Source of the DNA: Elusimicrobiota bacterium
Lineage (GTDB): Bacteria > Elusimicrobiota > Elusimicrobia > UBA1565
Reading direction: 5' to 3'
DNA length: 50,912 nt
Assembly (NCBI GenBank): GCA_043827405.1
Contig: JBDRPD010000033.1
Location: 1-50,912 of the forward strand
Every line of letters begins with the position of its first letter. Positions within the stretch are counted from its first letter, which is position 1. This document shows, piece after piece, positions 37,575 through 45,110 of this stretch. The translations under genes and the position numbers were made by a program. The notes under the pieces were generated by a model. It was not told where the DNA came from and ran no database searches. It saw only the letters and a list, made by a program, of their open reading frames with translations.

Positions 37575-39242
37575 ATGAAAATGAACCCCCTGCGTCTTAT
37601 CCCCGTCATGCTTCTGCTCGCCGCCTGCGCGAAGAAGGAGCCGGCGTTCACCGCGGTCAATACCGAGCTGCTGGCGGAGGTCCCCGAGCGCATCCTCGCC
37701 AATGAGGTGCTGACCCTTAAGCCGGCCGCCGAGCACCATTTCGAGATGCAGGCGCCGCAGAAGTGCGCGGATTTCCCCTTTGAGCTCAAGACGCCGCGGG
37801 TCATGCGCTGTCAGGTGACCGCGCCCGGCACGCACCGCCTTGAGCTCAGCGTCTGCGATGACAAGAGGACCTACTGCAAGTTCGTGAAATTCGCGGCGAC
37901 CGCGGAAGCGCCGAAAGGCTATGCCGGTTCCGCGGCGGCGAAGAAATCCGTTCTCCAGCCGCCGACGCACGCCCACCCGCCGCTGCCCGGCTTCATTATG
38001 AACGATACCGGCAAGGCCCTAACGGAGGCGGAGGCGGGCGGCAAGCTCTTGTTTATCGATTTCTACGGCATCTGGTGCCCGCCCTGCAATATGCTGGAGG
38101 AATACGTCTACAAGAAGCGGCCGTTTCTGGACGCGACCAAGGATATGGTGCGGGTGATGCTGGATGCGGACTCGGATCTGTCGTGGGAGTGGAAGGCGCA
38201 TTTCAAGGTCGGCGGCTACCCGACGATTATCATCGCCAACGAGAAGCTTGAGGAGATCACGCGCGTCGTCGGCTACCGGCCGCTCGGCGCGATGGTGCGG
38301 ACGGTGCGGGAGGCGGCGGCGCACAAGGATGAGCCGATCGACCGGCTGCTCGCCGCGCATGAAGCCGGAGGGGCGGATGCCGCGCCGTCCGCCGCGCGCA
38401 AGCGGATCGGAATTTGGCGGCATCAGCGCGCGGAATACGCCGAGGCCGTGAAGTGGCTTGACGGCCTTGCCGACCCGGAAGCGCGCAAGACCGCGCTGCA
38501 GGCGGCGAGCAGTCAAGCGAGCCAGGAAGGCGATGAAAAGGCGTCGCTGGCGGCGGTCCGCCTGCTGGTGCGCGAGTTTCCCAATGATGTGGAGTACGCC
38601 TCCTGGGTTGAAGTCCTGCTGGATAAGAAGGACGCGGGCGCGGCGGCGCTGCTGGCTCCGGCGCTCAAGAGCCTGGAGCGCTGGCGCCGGTCGCCGGCGC
38701 TGGATGCGACGGGCTATACCCGCACGGATATGTACTGGCAGGAGGCGTCTTTGTTTCAGGCCGCCGGCGATGAGAACGCCGCCAAGGCGGTCTACATAAA
38801 GACCGCCGAACTGCTGCAGGAGGTCGCCGCCCGCTCGGACCTGAAGCTCGCGCGGGGCGCCAATATGGAGCGCGCCTCCTGCCTGCATCTGGCGGGCAAA
38901 AACGCCGAGGCCAAGGCGCTCTACGAGCAGCTGGCCGAAACCTACGGCGAGGAGTTTACATTCAACTACAATTACGCCAGCGTGCTGCATAAGCTCGAAG
39001 AATACGAGCTGGCTTATGCGCGCATCCGCAAGGCCGAGGCGCACGCTTACGGCGACAACTGGCTGCGGACGGTCTACCTGAAGGCCAAGCTGGAACTGAA
39101 GCTGGGAAAAAGGGAGCAGGCACGGACGTCCGTTCGCGCCGCGCTGCGGGAGGCCGTGGTCCCGCGCTCAACCGCCGTGCGCACGCACCGTTATCTGGCC
39201 AACCTGCGCGGCTTGCTGCGGGAGATCGACTCGCCTACCTGA
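37575..39242 (+). CDS. Lipoprotein with thioredoxin domain and TPR-like repeats
   Basis: Lipobox LLAAC; IDFYGIWCPPC; GGYPT cis-Pro loop; helical TPR-like C-terminus. Confidence 0.8.
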   Translation: MKMNPLRLIPVMLLLAACAKKEPAFTAVNTELLAEVPERILANEVLTLKPAAEHHFEMQAPQKCADFPFELKTPRVMRCQVTAPGTHRLELSVCDDKRTYCKFVKFAATAEAPKGYAGSAAAKKSVLQPPTHAHPPLPGFIMNDTGKALTEAEAGGKLLFIDFYGIWCPPCNMLEEYVYKKRPFLDATKDMVRVMLDADSDLSWEWKAHFKVGGYPTIIIANEKLEEITRVVGYRPLGAMVRTVREAAAHKDEPIDRLLAAHEAGGADAAPSAARKRIGIWRHQRAEYAEAVKWLDGLADPEARKTALQAASSQASQEGDEKASLAAVRLLVREFPNDVEYASWVEVLLDKKDAGAAALLAPALKSLERWRRSPALDATGYTRTDMYWQEASLFQAAGDENAAKAVYIKTAELLQEVAARSDLKLARGANMERASCLHLAGKNAEAKALYEQLAETYGEEFTFNYNYASVLHKLEEYELAYARIRKAEAHAYGDNWLRTVYLKAKLELKLGKREQARTSVRAALREAVVPRSTAVRTHRYLANLRGLLREIDSPT

Positions 39243-39798
39243 GAATCTCGAACAGGCGCGCGAGGACGCGCTGGGTCGCGCCCCAAATGACGTAATCCTT
39301 CACGCAGTAGGCGGGTACGGTCAGGCGCCGCCCTTTCTCTTCAACCGTCGCGTCTTTCCTGCTCGCGGCTATCCGCTCGAGCGGCAGCCAGAATACGTCC
39401 GCTACCTCGGCGCTTAAACGGGTCGCGGCGCGACCGTCGATTTCGAAGACGAAGGGCTGGAAGACGATGGGCGGCAGCCCGCGCCCCTTCGGCTGGGTGT
39501 CGTCGAGCCGGCCGAGCACCTGTTCGCGCGTCAGAGAAAGGCCTATTTCCTCCAGGGTTTCCCGCAGGGCCGTCGCCAGCAGGTCATTATCGCAGTCCTC
39601 CCGCCGCCCTCCGGGCAGGCCGATCTGCCCCGACCAGGGGTCTTTGGGGTCCACCGCGCGGCGGATGAACAGGGCTTCGCAGCCGCCGCCGCGCAGGGGC
39701 GAGAGGATGAGAGAAACGGCGGCTTCGCCGGCGCCCGGCACGGTCAGGCCGCGCGGGCGGTATTGCGCCAGACGGGCGCGCACATGATCGGGCCGCAT
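39235..39798 (-). CDS. Nudix hydrolase, CoA pyrophosphatase type
   Basis: WSGQIGLPGG, TALRETLEEIG, IWGAT. Confidence 0.9.
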   Translation of the reverse strand: MRPDHVRARLAQYRPRGLTVPGAGEAAVSLILSPLRGGGCEALFIRRAVDPKDPWSGQIGLPGGRREDCDNDLLATALRETLEEIGLSLTREQVLGRLDDTQPKGRGLPPIVFQPFVFEIDGRAATRLSAEVADVFWLPLERIAASRKDATVEEKGRRLTVPAYCVKDYVIWGATQRVLARLFEILR

Positions 39799-39870
39799 GC
39801 GCCCGTTATATCATTTCGTACCTTGCGAAGTTGTAAAATGTGCGCCTAGCGGCGGAAAGAGAGGGAAGCT

Positions 39871-41739
39871 ATGCGCGAGAGGCTTGAGCTGACGGTCCGG
39901 GCGGTGGTCCTGGGCGTCGTATTGTCGGTCGTAATGGCGGCGGCGAACGTCTATCTGGGCCTCAAGGCCGGAATGACGGTGTCGGCGTCCATCCCCGCGG
40001 CCGTGATGGCGATGGGCATCCTGCGCTTTTTCCGGCCTCGCGGCACGATCTACGAAAGCAACCTGGTGCAGACCAGCGCCTCGGCGGGCGAGTCGTTGGC
40101 CGCCGGCATCATCTTCACCATGCCGGCATTGGTGATCGCGGGCGTCTGGCAGACCTTCAACTTTTGGACCACCTCTCTGATCGCCCTGACCGGAGGGCTG
40201 CTGGGCATCCTGTTCATGATTCCCATGCGCAAGGTCTTCGTAGTGGACTCCAAGGAGCTGGCCTTTCCTGAAGGGCTCGCCTGCGCCGAGGTCCTCCGCT
40301 CCGGCGAGCAGGGCAATGAGACGGGGGCGGCGCTGGTTTTCCGCTCGATCCTGGTGGGCGGCCTGTTCAAGCTCCTGGGCTCTTTCGCGGGGCTGCTCAA
40401 GGGGTCCCTCGAGGCGGCGAAGATTCTCGGTTCCCGGGTGTTCTTCTTCGGCAGCGATGTCTCTCCGGCGCTGGTGGCCGTGGGCTATATCGTCGAGCTG
40501 CCGATCGCCGTGCTCATCTTTCTCGGCGGCGCCGGGGCCTGGCTCGTGGGCATCCCGCTGCTCGGGGGAGCGGAGGGCGATCCTATCGAGTCGGCCTGGA
40601 ACCTGTGGAGCACCCAGATCCGCTATATCGGCGTCGGCGCCATGGTGGTGGGCGGCATCGACTCGATCTACAAGGTCCGCAACGGCCTGCGGCTCGCGGT
40701 TAAGGAGATGAGCGGGCACCTGCGCGGCCGCACCAAGGAGGTGCCGGAGACCGAGCGCAATCTCGCGGGCAGCACCATTATGATTTTGGGCGGCATTACC
40801 ATCGCGATGATCCTGGCCATCTACTACCACCTTACGGGCGATGTCGGCGAGACCATAGTCACCGGCATCGCGATGATCGTGCTGTCGTTTTTCTTCACCG
40901 CGGTCGCAAGCTATATCGTGGGCTTGGTCGGCAACTCCAACAGCCCCGTCTCGGGCATGACCATTACCGCCGTCCTGGCCACGGCGGGGCTGCTTTACGT
41001 TATGGGCTATACCGGGGTAAAGGGGATGCTGGCGACCCTTGGTGTCGCGGGCGTGGTTTGCTGCGTGGCCTGCACTTCGGGCGACGTCTGCAACGACCTG
41101 AAGACCGGCGCGCTGATCGGGGCCTCGCCGCGCAGCCAGCAGATTATGCAGATCGTCGGCGTGGTTTTCGCCGCCTTCATTCTGGCGCCCGTTCTGATCG
41201 CCATGCATGAGGGCTCGCTGCGCATGGGGGGGACCGGGATCGGCGGCAAGGACTATCCCGCCCCGCAGGCCAACCTTTTCGCCAGCCTGGCCAAGGGCTT
41301 TTTCGGCGAGGGGTCCCTGCCTTGGGGCATGATCGTGGTGGGCGTGATCGTCGGCCTGCTCATTCTGGTCGCGGACTGGATGCTGAAAGGGCGGCGCTCC
41401 GGCTTCCGCCTGCACCTCATGCCGGTCGCGGTCGGCATCTACCTGCCGTTCGGGCTTTCGGTGCCCATTCTCCTGGGCGGTATTTTGGCGCACCTGGTGG
41501 GCCGGGATTCCGGCGCCGCCGAAAAAACCAAGAACCTGCAGCGGGGCGTGCTGGTCTCATCGGGCATCATCGCCGGCGAGTCGCTTATCGGCGTGGCCCT
41601 GGCGATTCTCGCCTACTTCGGGATCGGCGGACTGGGGTTGGGCAAGAGCCTGTCTTCCGGCACGCTCGACATCTTCTCGGTTTGCGCCATGGTTCTGATC
41701 TGCTGGATGTTCTACAGCTGGTCGTTTAAGAAGCGCTGA
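39871..41739 (+). CDS. OPT family oligopeptide/metal-chelate transporter
   Basis: ELTVRA, NVYLGLKAGMTVSASIPAAV, FPEG, SNSPVSG, NDLKTG, APQA, SGIIAGES; many TM helices. Confidence 0.93.
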   Translation: MRERLELTVRAVVLGVVLSVVMAAANVYLGLKAGMTVSASIPAAVMAMGILRFFRPRGTIYESNLVQTSASAGESLAAGIIFTMPALVIAGVWQTFNFWTTSLIALTGGLLGILFMIPMRKVFVVDSKELAFPEGLACAEVLRSGEQGNETGAALVFRSILVGGLFKLLGSFAGLLKGSLEAAKILGSRVFFFGSDVSPALVAVGYIVELPIAVLIFLGGAGAWLVGIPLLGGAEGDPIESAWNLWSTQIRYIGVGAMVVGGIDSIYKVRNGLRLAVKEMSGHLRGRTKEVPETERNLAGSTIMILGGITIAMILAIYYHLTGDVGETIVTGIAMIVLSFFFTAVASYIVGLVGNSNSPVSGMTITAVLATAGLLYVMGYTGVKGMLATLGVAGVVCCVACTSGDVCNDLKTGALIGASPRSQQIMQIVGVVFAAFILAPVLIAMHEGSLRMGGTGIGGKDYPAPQANLFASLAKGFFGEGSLPWGMIVVGVIVGLLILVADWMLKGRRSGFRLHLMPVAVGIYLPFGLSVPILLGGILAHLVGRDSGAAEKTKNLQRGVLVSSGIIAGESLIGVALAILAYFGIGGLGLGKSLSSGTLDIFSVCAMVLICWMFYSWSFKKR

Positions 41740-42119
41740 TGGAAAAAGAGCGGCGCATCCTGGCGGTCGACGACGATGAGAGCATCCTTAATGTCTTGTC
41801 GCGTTTTCTCAAGCCGCTGGGCTATGCGCTGGCGATCGCTTCCAGCGGCGCGGAAGCGCTGGAAATCATCCGCCGCCAGCCGCCGGACCTCATCCTGCTG
41901 GATATCAATATGCCGGGCATCGACGGCCTGGAGGTGTTAAGGCAGGCCCGGCAGCTCATTCCCGCGGTGCCGGTGATTATGGTTACCGGCAGCGATGATG
42001 CCGAGGTCGCAAAGCAGGCGATGGCGCTGGGAGCGGTCGACTATGTCACAAAACCTTTCGACTTGGGCTATCTCGAAGACAGCATCAAGGCCAATCTCGC
42101 CTCAGGACAGAAGGAATGA
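41739..42119 (+). CDS. Single-domain response regulator (receiver)
   Basis: ILAVDDD, DLILLDINMPG, IMVTG, DYVTKPF. Confidence 0.92.
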   Translation: MEKERRILAVDDDESILNVLSRFLKPLGYALAIASSGAEALEIIRRQPPDLILLDINMPGIDGLEVLRQARQLIPAVPVIMVTGSDDAEVAKQAMALGAVDYVTKPFDLGYLEDSIKANLASGQKE

Positions 42120-42619
42120 AAAGAATCTGCGCCTGGTGCCGGAACGAGATGCCGTCCGCGGGAGCGGAGCAGGATTCCTCCGCGATGGTCACGCATGGCA
42201 TCTGCGCCGCGTGCGAGGCCCGTCTTTTTCCGCAGGACGCGATATCCCTGCAGCAGGCGCTCGAAAAGATGGACGTCCCCATCCTGCTGCTGGAATCCGA
42301 TGTTGTCACCGTGACCGGTAACCGGCGCGCGCGTGAACTCTTGGGGCGGACCCTCTCGGAGATCCGGGGCGTCAAGGGCGGCGAGTTGATTCGATGCGTC
42401 AACTCCGCCGGCCCCGGGGGCTGCGGCAGGAGCGAGCACTGCGCGGGCTGCGTGATCCGCGAAACGGTGCAGACGACCTATGCGACGGGCCGGCCCTTTT
42501 TCGGCTTGGTGGTGGAAAAGGACGTCGAGACTCCGGCGGGCGTAAAAAGCCTAAAACTCCGCATCTCCACCCAGAAGATCGGTCCGGCGGTCTTCCTGAG
42601 CATCGACGAAGCCGGCTGA
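42116..42619 (+). CDS. Cys-rich PAS-like domain protein
   Basis: N-terminal CAWC...THGICAAC; PAS-like core (NRRARELLG) with C...GCGRSEHCAGCVIR. Confidence 0.7.
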   Translation: MKRICAWCRNEMPSAGAEQDSSAMVTHGICAACEARLFPQDAISLQQALEKMDVPILLLESDVVTVTGNRRARELLGRTLSEIRGVKGGELIRCVNSAGPGGCGRSEHCAGCVIRETVQTTYATGRPFFGLVVEKDVETPAGVKSLKLRISTQKIGPAVFLSIDEAG

Positions 42620-42637
42620 GACTTTCCCGCCCGCTGT

Positions 42638-42750
42638 TTGACCCAGATCAATAGTTTCCATCAACGGCGATAATCAACTTTTTCCGTTGCCTGCGGTCAT
42701 ATGGTCCTAGACGGCGGCTGGGTACAATAGCATTAGAAGATTTTTAGGAG
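42638..42750 (+). promoter_or_regulatory. Upstream region of the repeat-peptide gene: FNR/CRP-like box, -10 and SD
   Basis: TTGAC-CCAG-ATCAA (42638-42651); TACAAT (42723-42728) without a good -35; AGGAG (42746-42750). Confidence 0.45.
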
Positions 42751-42758
42751 TCAATGAA

Positions 42759-43079
42759 ATGATCGAGATTCTGATGCTACTGAGCCTGAGCGGACTGAAC
42801 AGCCAGCCGACCATGATCGCCGGTTTTCAGCCCTGCGTTTACCCCAATCCCTGCGGCGTGACTCTGGAAGAGACGACGACCGTCGCCCAGTACCGCCCCT
42901 GCGTATGGCCCAACCCCTGCAGCGAGCAGGAAGAGCCGGTCCAGGTCGCCCAGTACCGCCCCTGCGTATGGCCCAACCCCTGCAGCCAGAACGAGCCGGT
43001 GCAGGTGGCTCAGTTCAAGCCCTGCGTATGGCCCAACCCCTGCGGCGTCGTCGGACGCGAGGAGTCGCGCCTCATATAA
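42759..43079 (+). CDS. Small protein with hydrophobic N-terminus and four tandem PCV(W/Y)PNPC repeats (putative peptide precursor)
   Basis: SD 8 nt upstream; cores AGFQPCVYPNPCG, AQYRPCVWPNPCS twice and AQFKPCVWPNPCG; synonymous differences between copies; terminator downstream. Confidence 0.8.
   Translation: MIEILMLLSLSGLNSQPTMIAGFQPCVYPNPCGVTLEETTTVAQYRPCVWPNPCSEQEEPVQVAQYRPCVWPNPCSQNEPVQVAQFKPCVWPNPCGVVGREESRLI
42831..43043 (+). repeat. Four in-frame imperfect tandem repeats with a 24-nt core CCCTGCGTATGGCCCAACCCCTGC
   Basis: Cores start at 42831, 42897, 42960 and 43020 (periods 66, 63, 60 nt); cores 2-4 are identical. Confidence 0.92.
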
Positions 43080-43108
43080 CAATCTGACCGGATATCAACG
43101 TCCGATCG

Positions 43109-43140
43109 AAAAAAGCCCCCAACCACCCCTGGGGGCTTTT
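43109..43140. terminator. Bidirectional intrinsic terminator
   Basis: Stem AAAAGCCCCCA / TGGGGGCTTTT with an 8-nt loop, between convergent genes. Confidence 0.85.
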
Positions 43141-43153
43141 AATTTGCGGGGTT

Positions 43154-43462
43154 TTAGCCGCCGAAGACCTGAATATCCCGCTCCTCGTCGGGGATACGCA
43201 GTTTTTCTATGTGGTGGGTCTGCTTCATTTGCAGGATAATGCGGATTCCGGCCAGATTAACCTTGCGCTGGAGGAGCGCCGCGACTTCCTGCAGGAGCTC
43301 TATATCCGGATTGGAGAATAGCCGCTGTCTGCCGGCGCTTCTTGAGGCCTCTACTATGCCCTGCTTCTCCAGCCAGCGTATGGTATGAATGGGCAGAGAG
43401 GTCAGGCGTGAGGCGATCGAAATCGTATAAACCGGCATTTCATCCAGGCCTGCATGTTCCAT
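43154..43462 (-). CDS. MerR family transcriptional regulator (HspR-like)
   Basis: PVYTISIASRLTSLPIHTIRWLEKQGIV..SRSAGRQRLFS, VNLAGIRII. Confidence 0.85.
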   Translation of the reverse strand: MEHAGLDEMPVYTISIASRLTSLPIHTIRWLEKQGIVEASRSAGRQRLFSNPDIELLQEVAALLQRKVNLAGIRIILQMKQTHHIEKLRIPDEERDIQVFGG

Positions 43463-43573
43463 TTATTTATTATATAAGGTTATTTATATGATATCAATAG
43501 ATTATCTAATAAAATATATCAGATATTATTTTATATTGACAATATCGTTTATAAATAAGCAAAATTATTAATC
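43463..43573. promoter_or_regulatory. AT-rich divergent promoter region
   Basis: Minus strand: TTGATA (43497-43492), 17 nt, TATAAT (43474-43469). Plus strand: TTGACA (43536-43541), 18 nt, CAAAAT (43560-43565). Several short palindromes. Confidence 0.7.
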
Positions 43574-44071
43574 ATGATAGAAATATCAGGTGGAGATATA
43601 ACCAGGGAAAATGTGGATATCATTGTTAATGCGGCTAACAACTCCCTTTTAGGGGGCGGCGGCGTTGACGGAGCCATTCATTTCGCGGCGGGTCCGGGTC
43701 TTCTGGAGGAGTGCCGTGGTTTAAGCGGCTGCGAGACCGGGCAGGCGAAGATAACGCGGGGGTACAACCTTCCAGCTAGGTGGATTATCCACACCGTGGG
43801 GCCTGTTTGGCAGGGCGGCCGCGCCGGCGAGCCGGAGCTTCTCGCTTCCTGCTATCGGAATTCGCTGGCGCTGGCGCGGGATAAAAATGCGGAATCGATA
43901 GCCTTCCCCTGCATCAGCACCGGGGTGTTCGGCTATCCGAAAAAGCCCGCCGCCGATATCGCCTGCCGTGAGGGCTGGAGCTTCATAAGCAAATACCCGG
44001 GGATGCGCATTCGTTTCGTCTGCTTTGACGAGGAAAGCCGCCGGATATATCGGCAGTTGTTGGACCTTTGA
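43574..44071 (+). CDS. ymdB: Macrodomain O-acetyl-ADP-ribose deacetylase
   Basis: GDIT, IVNAANNSLLGGGGVDGAIH, IIHTVGP, IAFPCISTGVFGYP. Confidence 0.93.
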   Translation: MIEISGGDITRENVDIIVNAANNSLLGGGGVDGAIHFAAGPGLLEECRGLSGCETGQAKITRGYNLPARWIIHTVGPVWQGGRAGEPELLASCYRNSLALARDKNAESIAFPCISTGVFGYPKKPAADIACREGWSFISKYPGMRIRFVCFDEESRRIYRQLLDL

Positions 44072-44075
44072 GGGC

Positions 44076-45077
44076 TTAGAGACTCTCCCGGAATTTCCGG
44101 ATCTGATCGGTGTCGCCGATAACGACGAGAATATCGTCTTCCTCTATCTTGTGCTCGGCCGGCGGGTTGATGCGGTAGCGCGCGATCTCGGGCTCCTTTA
44201 TGGCGAGCACCAGCGGCGAGTCATCATCGTCGTGCTTGAGCGAGCCGATATTTTTCCCGATGACCCGGGCGCCTTTGCGTATCGTGACTTCCTCGAATCG
44301 ATAGGCGCTGTCGCGGTCCCGGATCATGGAGTCCAGAAATCCTACCGTGGTCGGCCGGATCATCTCCGACGCCATGCGCAGGCCGCCGATATGCGTCGAG
44401 CTGACGCAGACGTCGGCGCCGCCGCGCAGCAGCTTGTCGCGCACCCGTCCGTCGTGGACCTCGCTGATGATGCGCAGCCGCGGGTTCAGTCCGCGGGCGC
44501 TGATGGCGACGAAGACATTGTCGGGGTCGCGGTCGAGGGTGCAGAATAGGCCCTTGGCGTCCATGATGGCGGCCCGTTCCAGGGTCTCGTCGCGCAGGGC
44601 GTCGCCCTGAATCACGAGGTGCCCGCGATCCGCGAGGCTGCTCACCTTCTTTTCGTCCATGTCGACGATGACGAACGGGCGGTCGGTCTTGTCGAGCTCG
44701 TCGATAATCGACTGCCCGGTGAAGCCCGCGCCGCAGATGATGTAATGGTCTTTAAGCTGTTTGATGCGGTCTTCCATCCTCCGCCTCCTAAGCGTTTCCG
44801 ACAAGCCGCCTTCGACGATGTAGGCGGTGATGGCGGAAAACGAATACGCGACGACGCCGAGACCCGATATGCTGAGCATAATAGTGAAGGCGCGGCCGGT
44901 GTTGGAAAGGGGGTGAATCTCGCCGAAGCCGATGGTGGCCAAGGTGATGACGGTCATGTAGAGGGCGTCAAACAGCGGCCAGCCCTCGATCAGGGTATAG
45001 CCGGCGGTGCCGAGCGCCAGCACGGTGAAGAGCGATCCCAAAATGAAGCGGAACCGGGTGTAGATTTCAGCGTACAT
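44076..45077 (-). CDS. Potassium channel protein with RCK (TrkA-N/TrkA-C) domains
   Basis: Selectivity filter TIGFGE; DHYIICGAG; GDALRDETL; C-terminal RCK-C. Confidence 0.92.
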   Translation of the reverse strand: MYAEIYTRFRFILGSLFTVLALGTAGYTLIEGWPLFDALYMTVITLATIGFGEIHPLSNTGRAFTIMLSISGLGVVAYSFSAITAYIVEGGLSETLRRRRMEDRIKQLKDHYIICGAGFTGQSIIDELDKTDRPFVIVDMDEKKVSSLADRGHLVIQGDALRDETLERAAIMDAKGLFCTLDRDPDNVFVAISARGLNPRLRIISEVHDGRVRDKLLRGGADVCVSSTHIGGLRMASEMIRPTTVGFLDSMIRDRDSAYRFEEVTIRKGARVIGKNIGSLKHDDDDSPLVLAIKEPEIARYRINPPAEHKIEEDDILVVIGDTDQIRKFRESL

Positions 45078-45110
45078 GATGGGGATTATAGCTTTTGGGC
45101 CCGGACGTTC

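Noticed and set aside
42831..43043. 24-nt direct repeats at about 60-66 nt period as a CRISPR array
   Set aside because: The spacers resemble each other, the periods are multiples of three, the repeat lies in an ORF with SD and terminator, and no cas genes are present.
43463..43573. AT-rich spacer as a dif site
   Set aside because: No XerD arm (TTATGTTAAAT-like) on either strand; divergent promoters explain the composition.
43785..43793. Perfect DnaA box TTATCCACA near the AT-rich spacer, suggesting oriC
   Set aside because: It is a single box explained by the conserved IIHT codons of the macrodomain; there is no box cluster and no dnaA/dnaN nearby.
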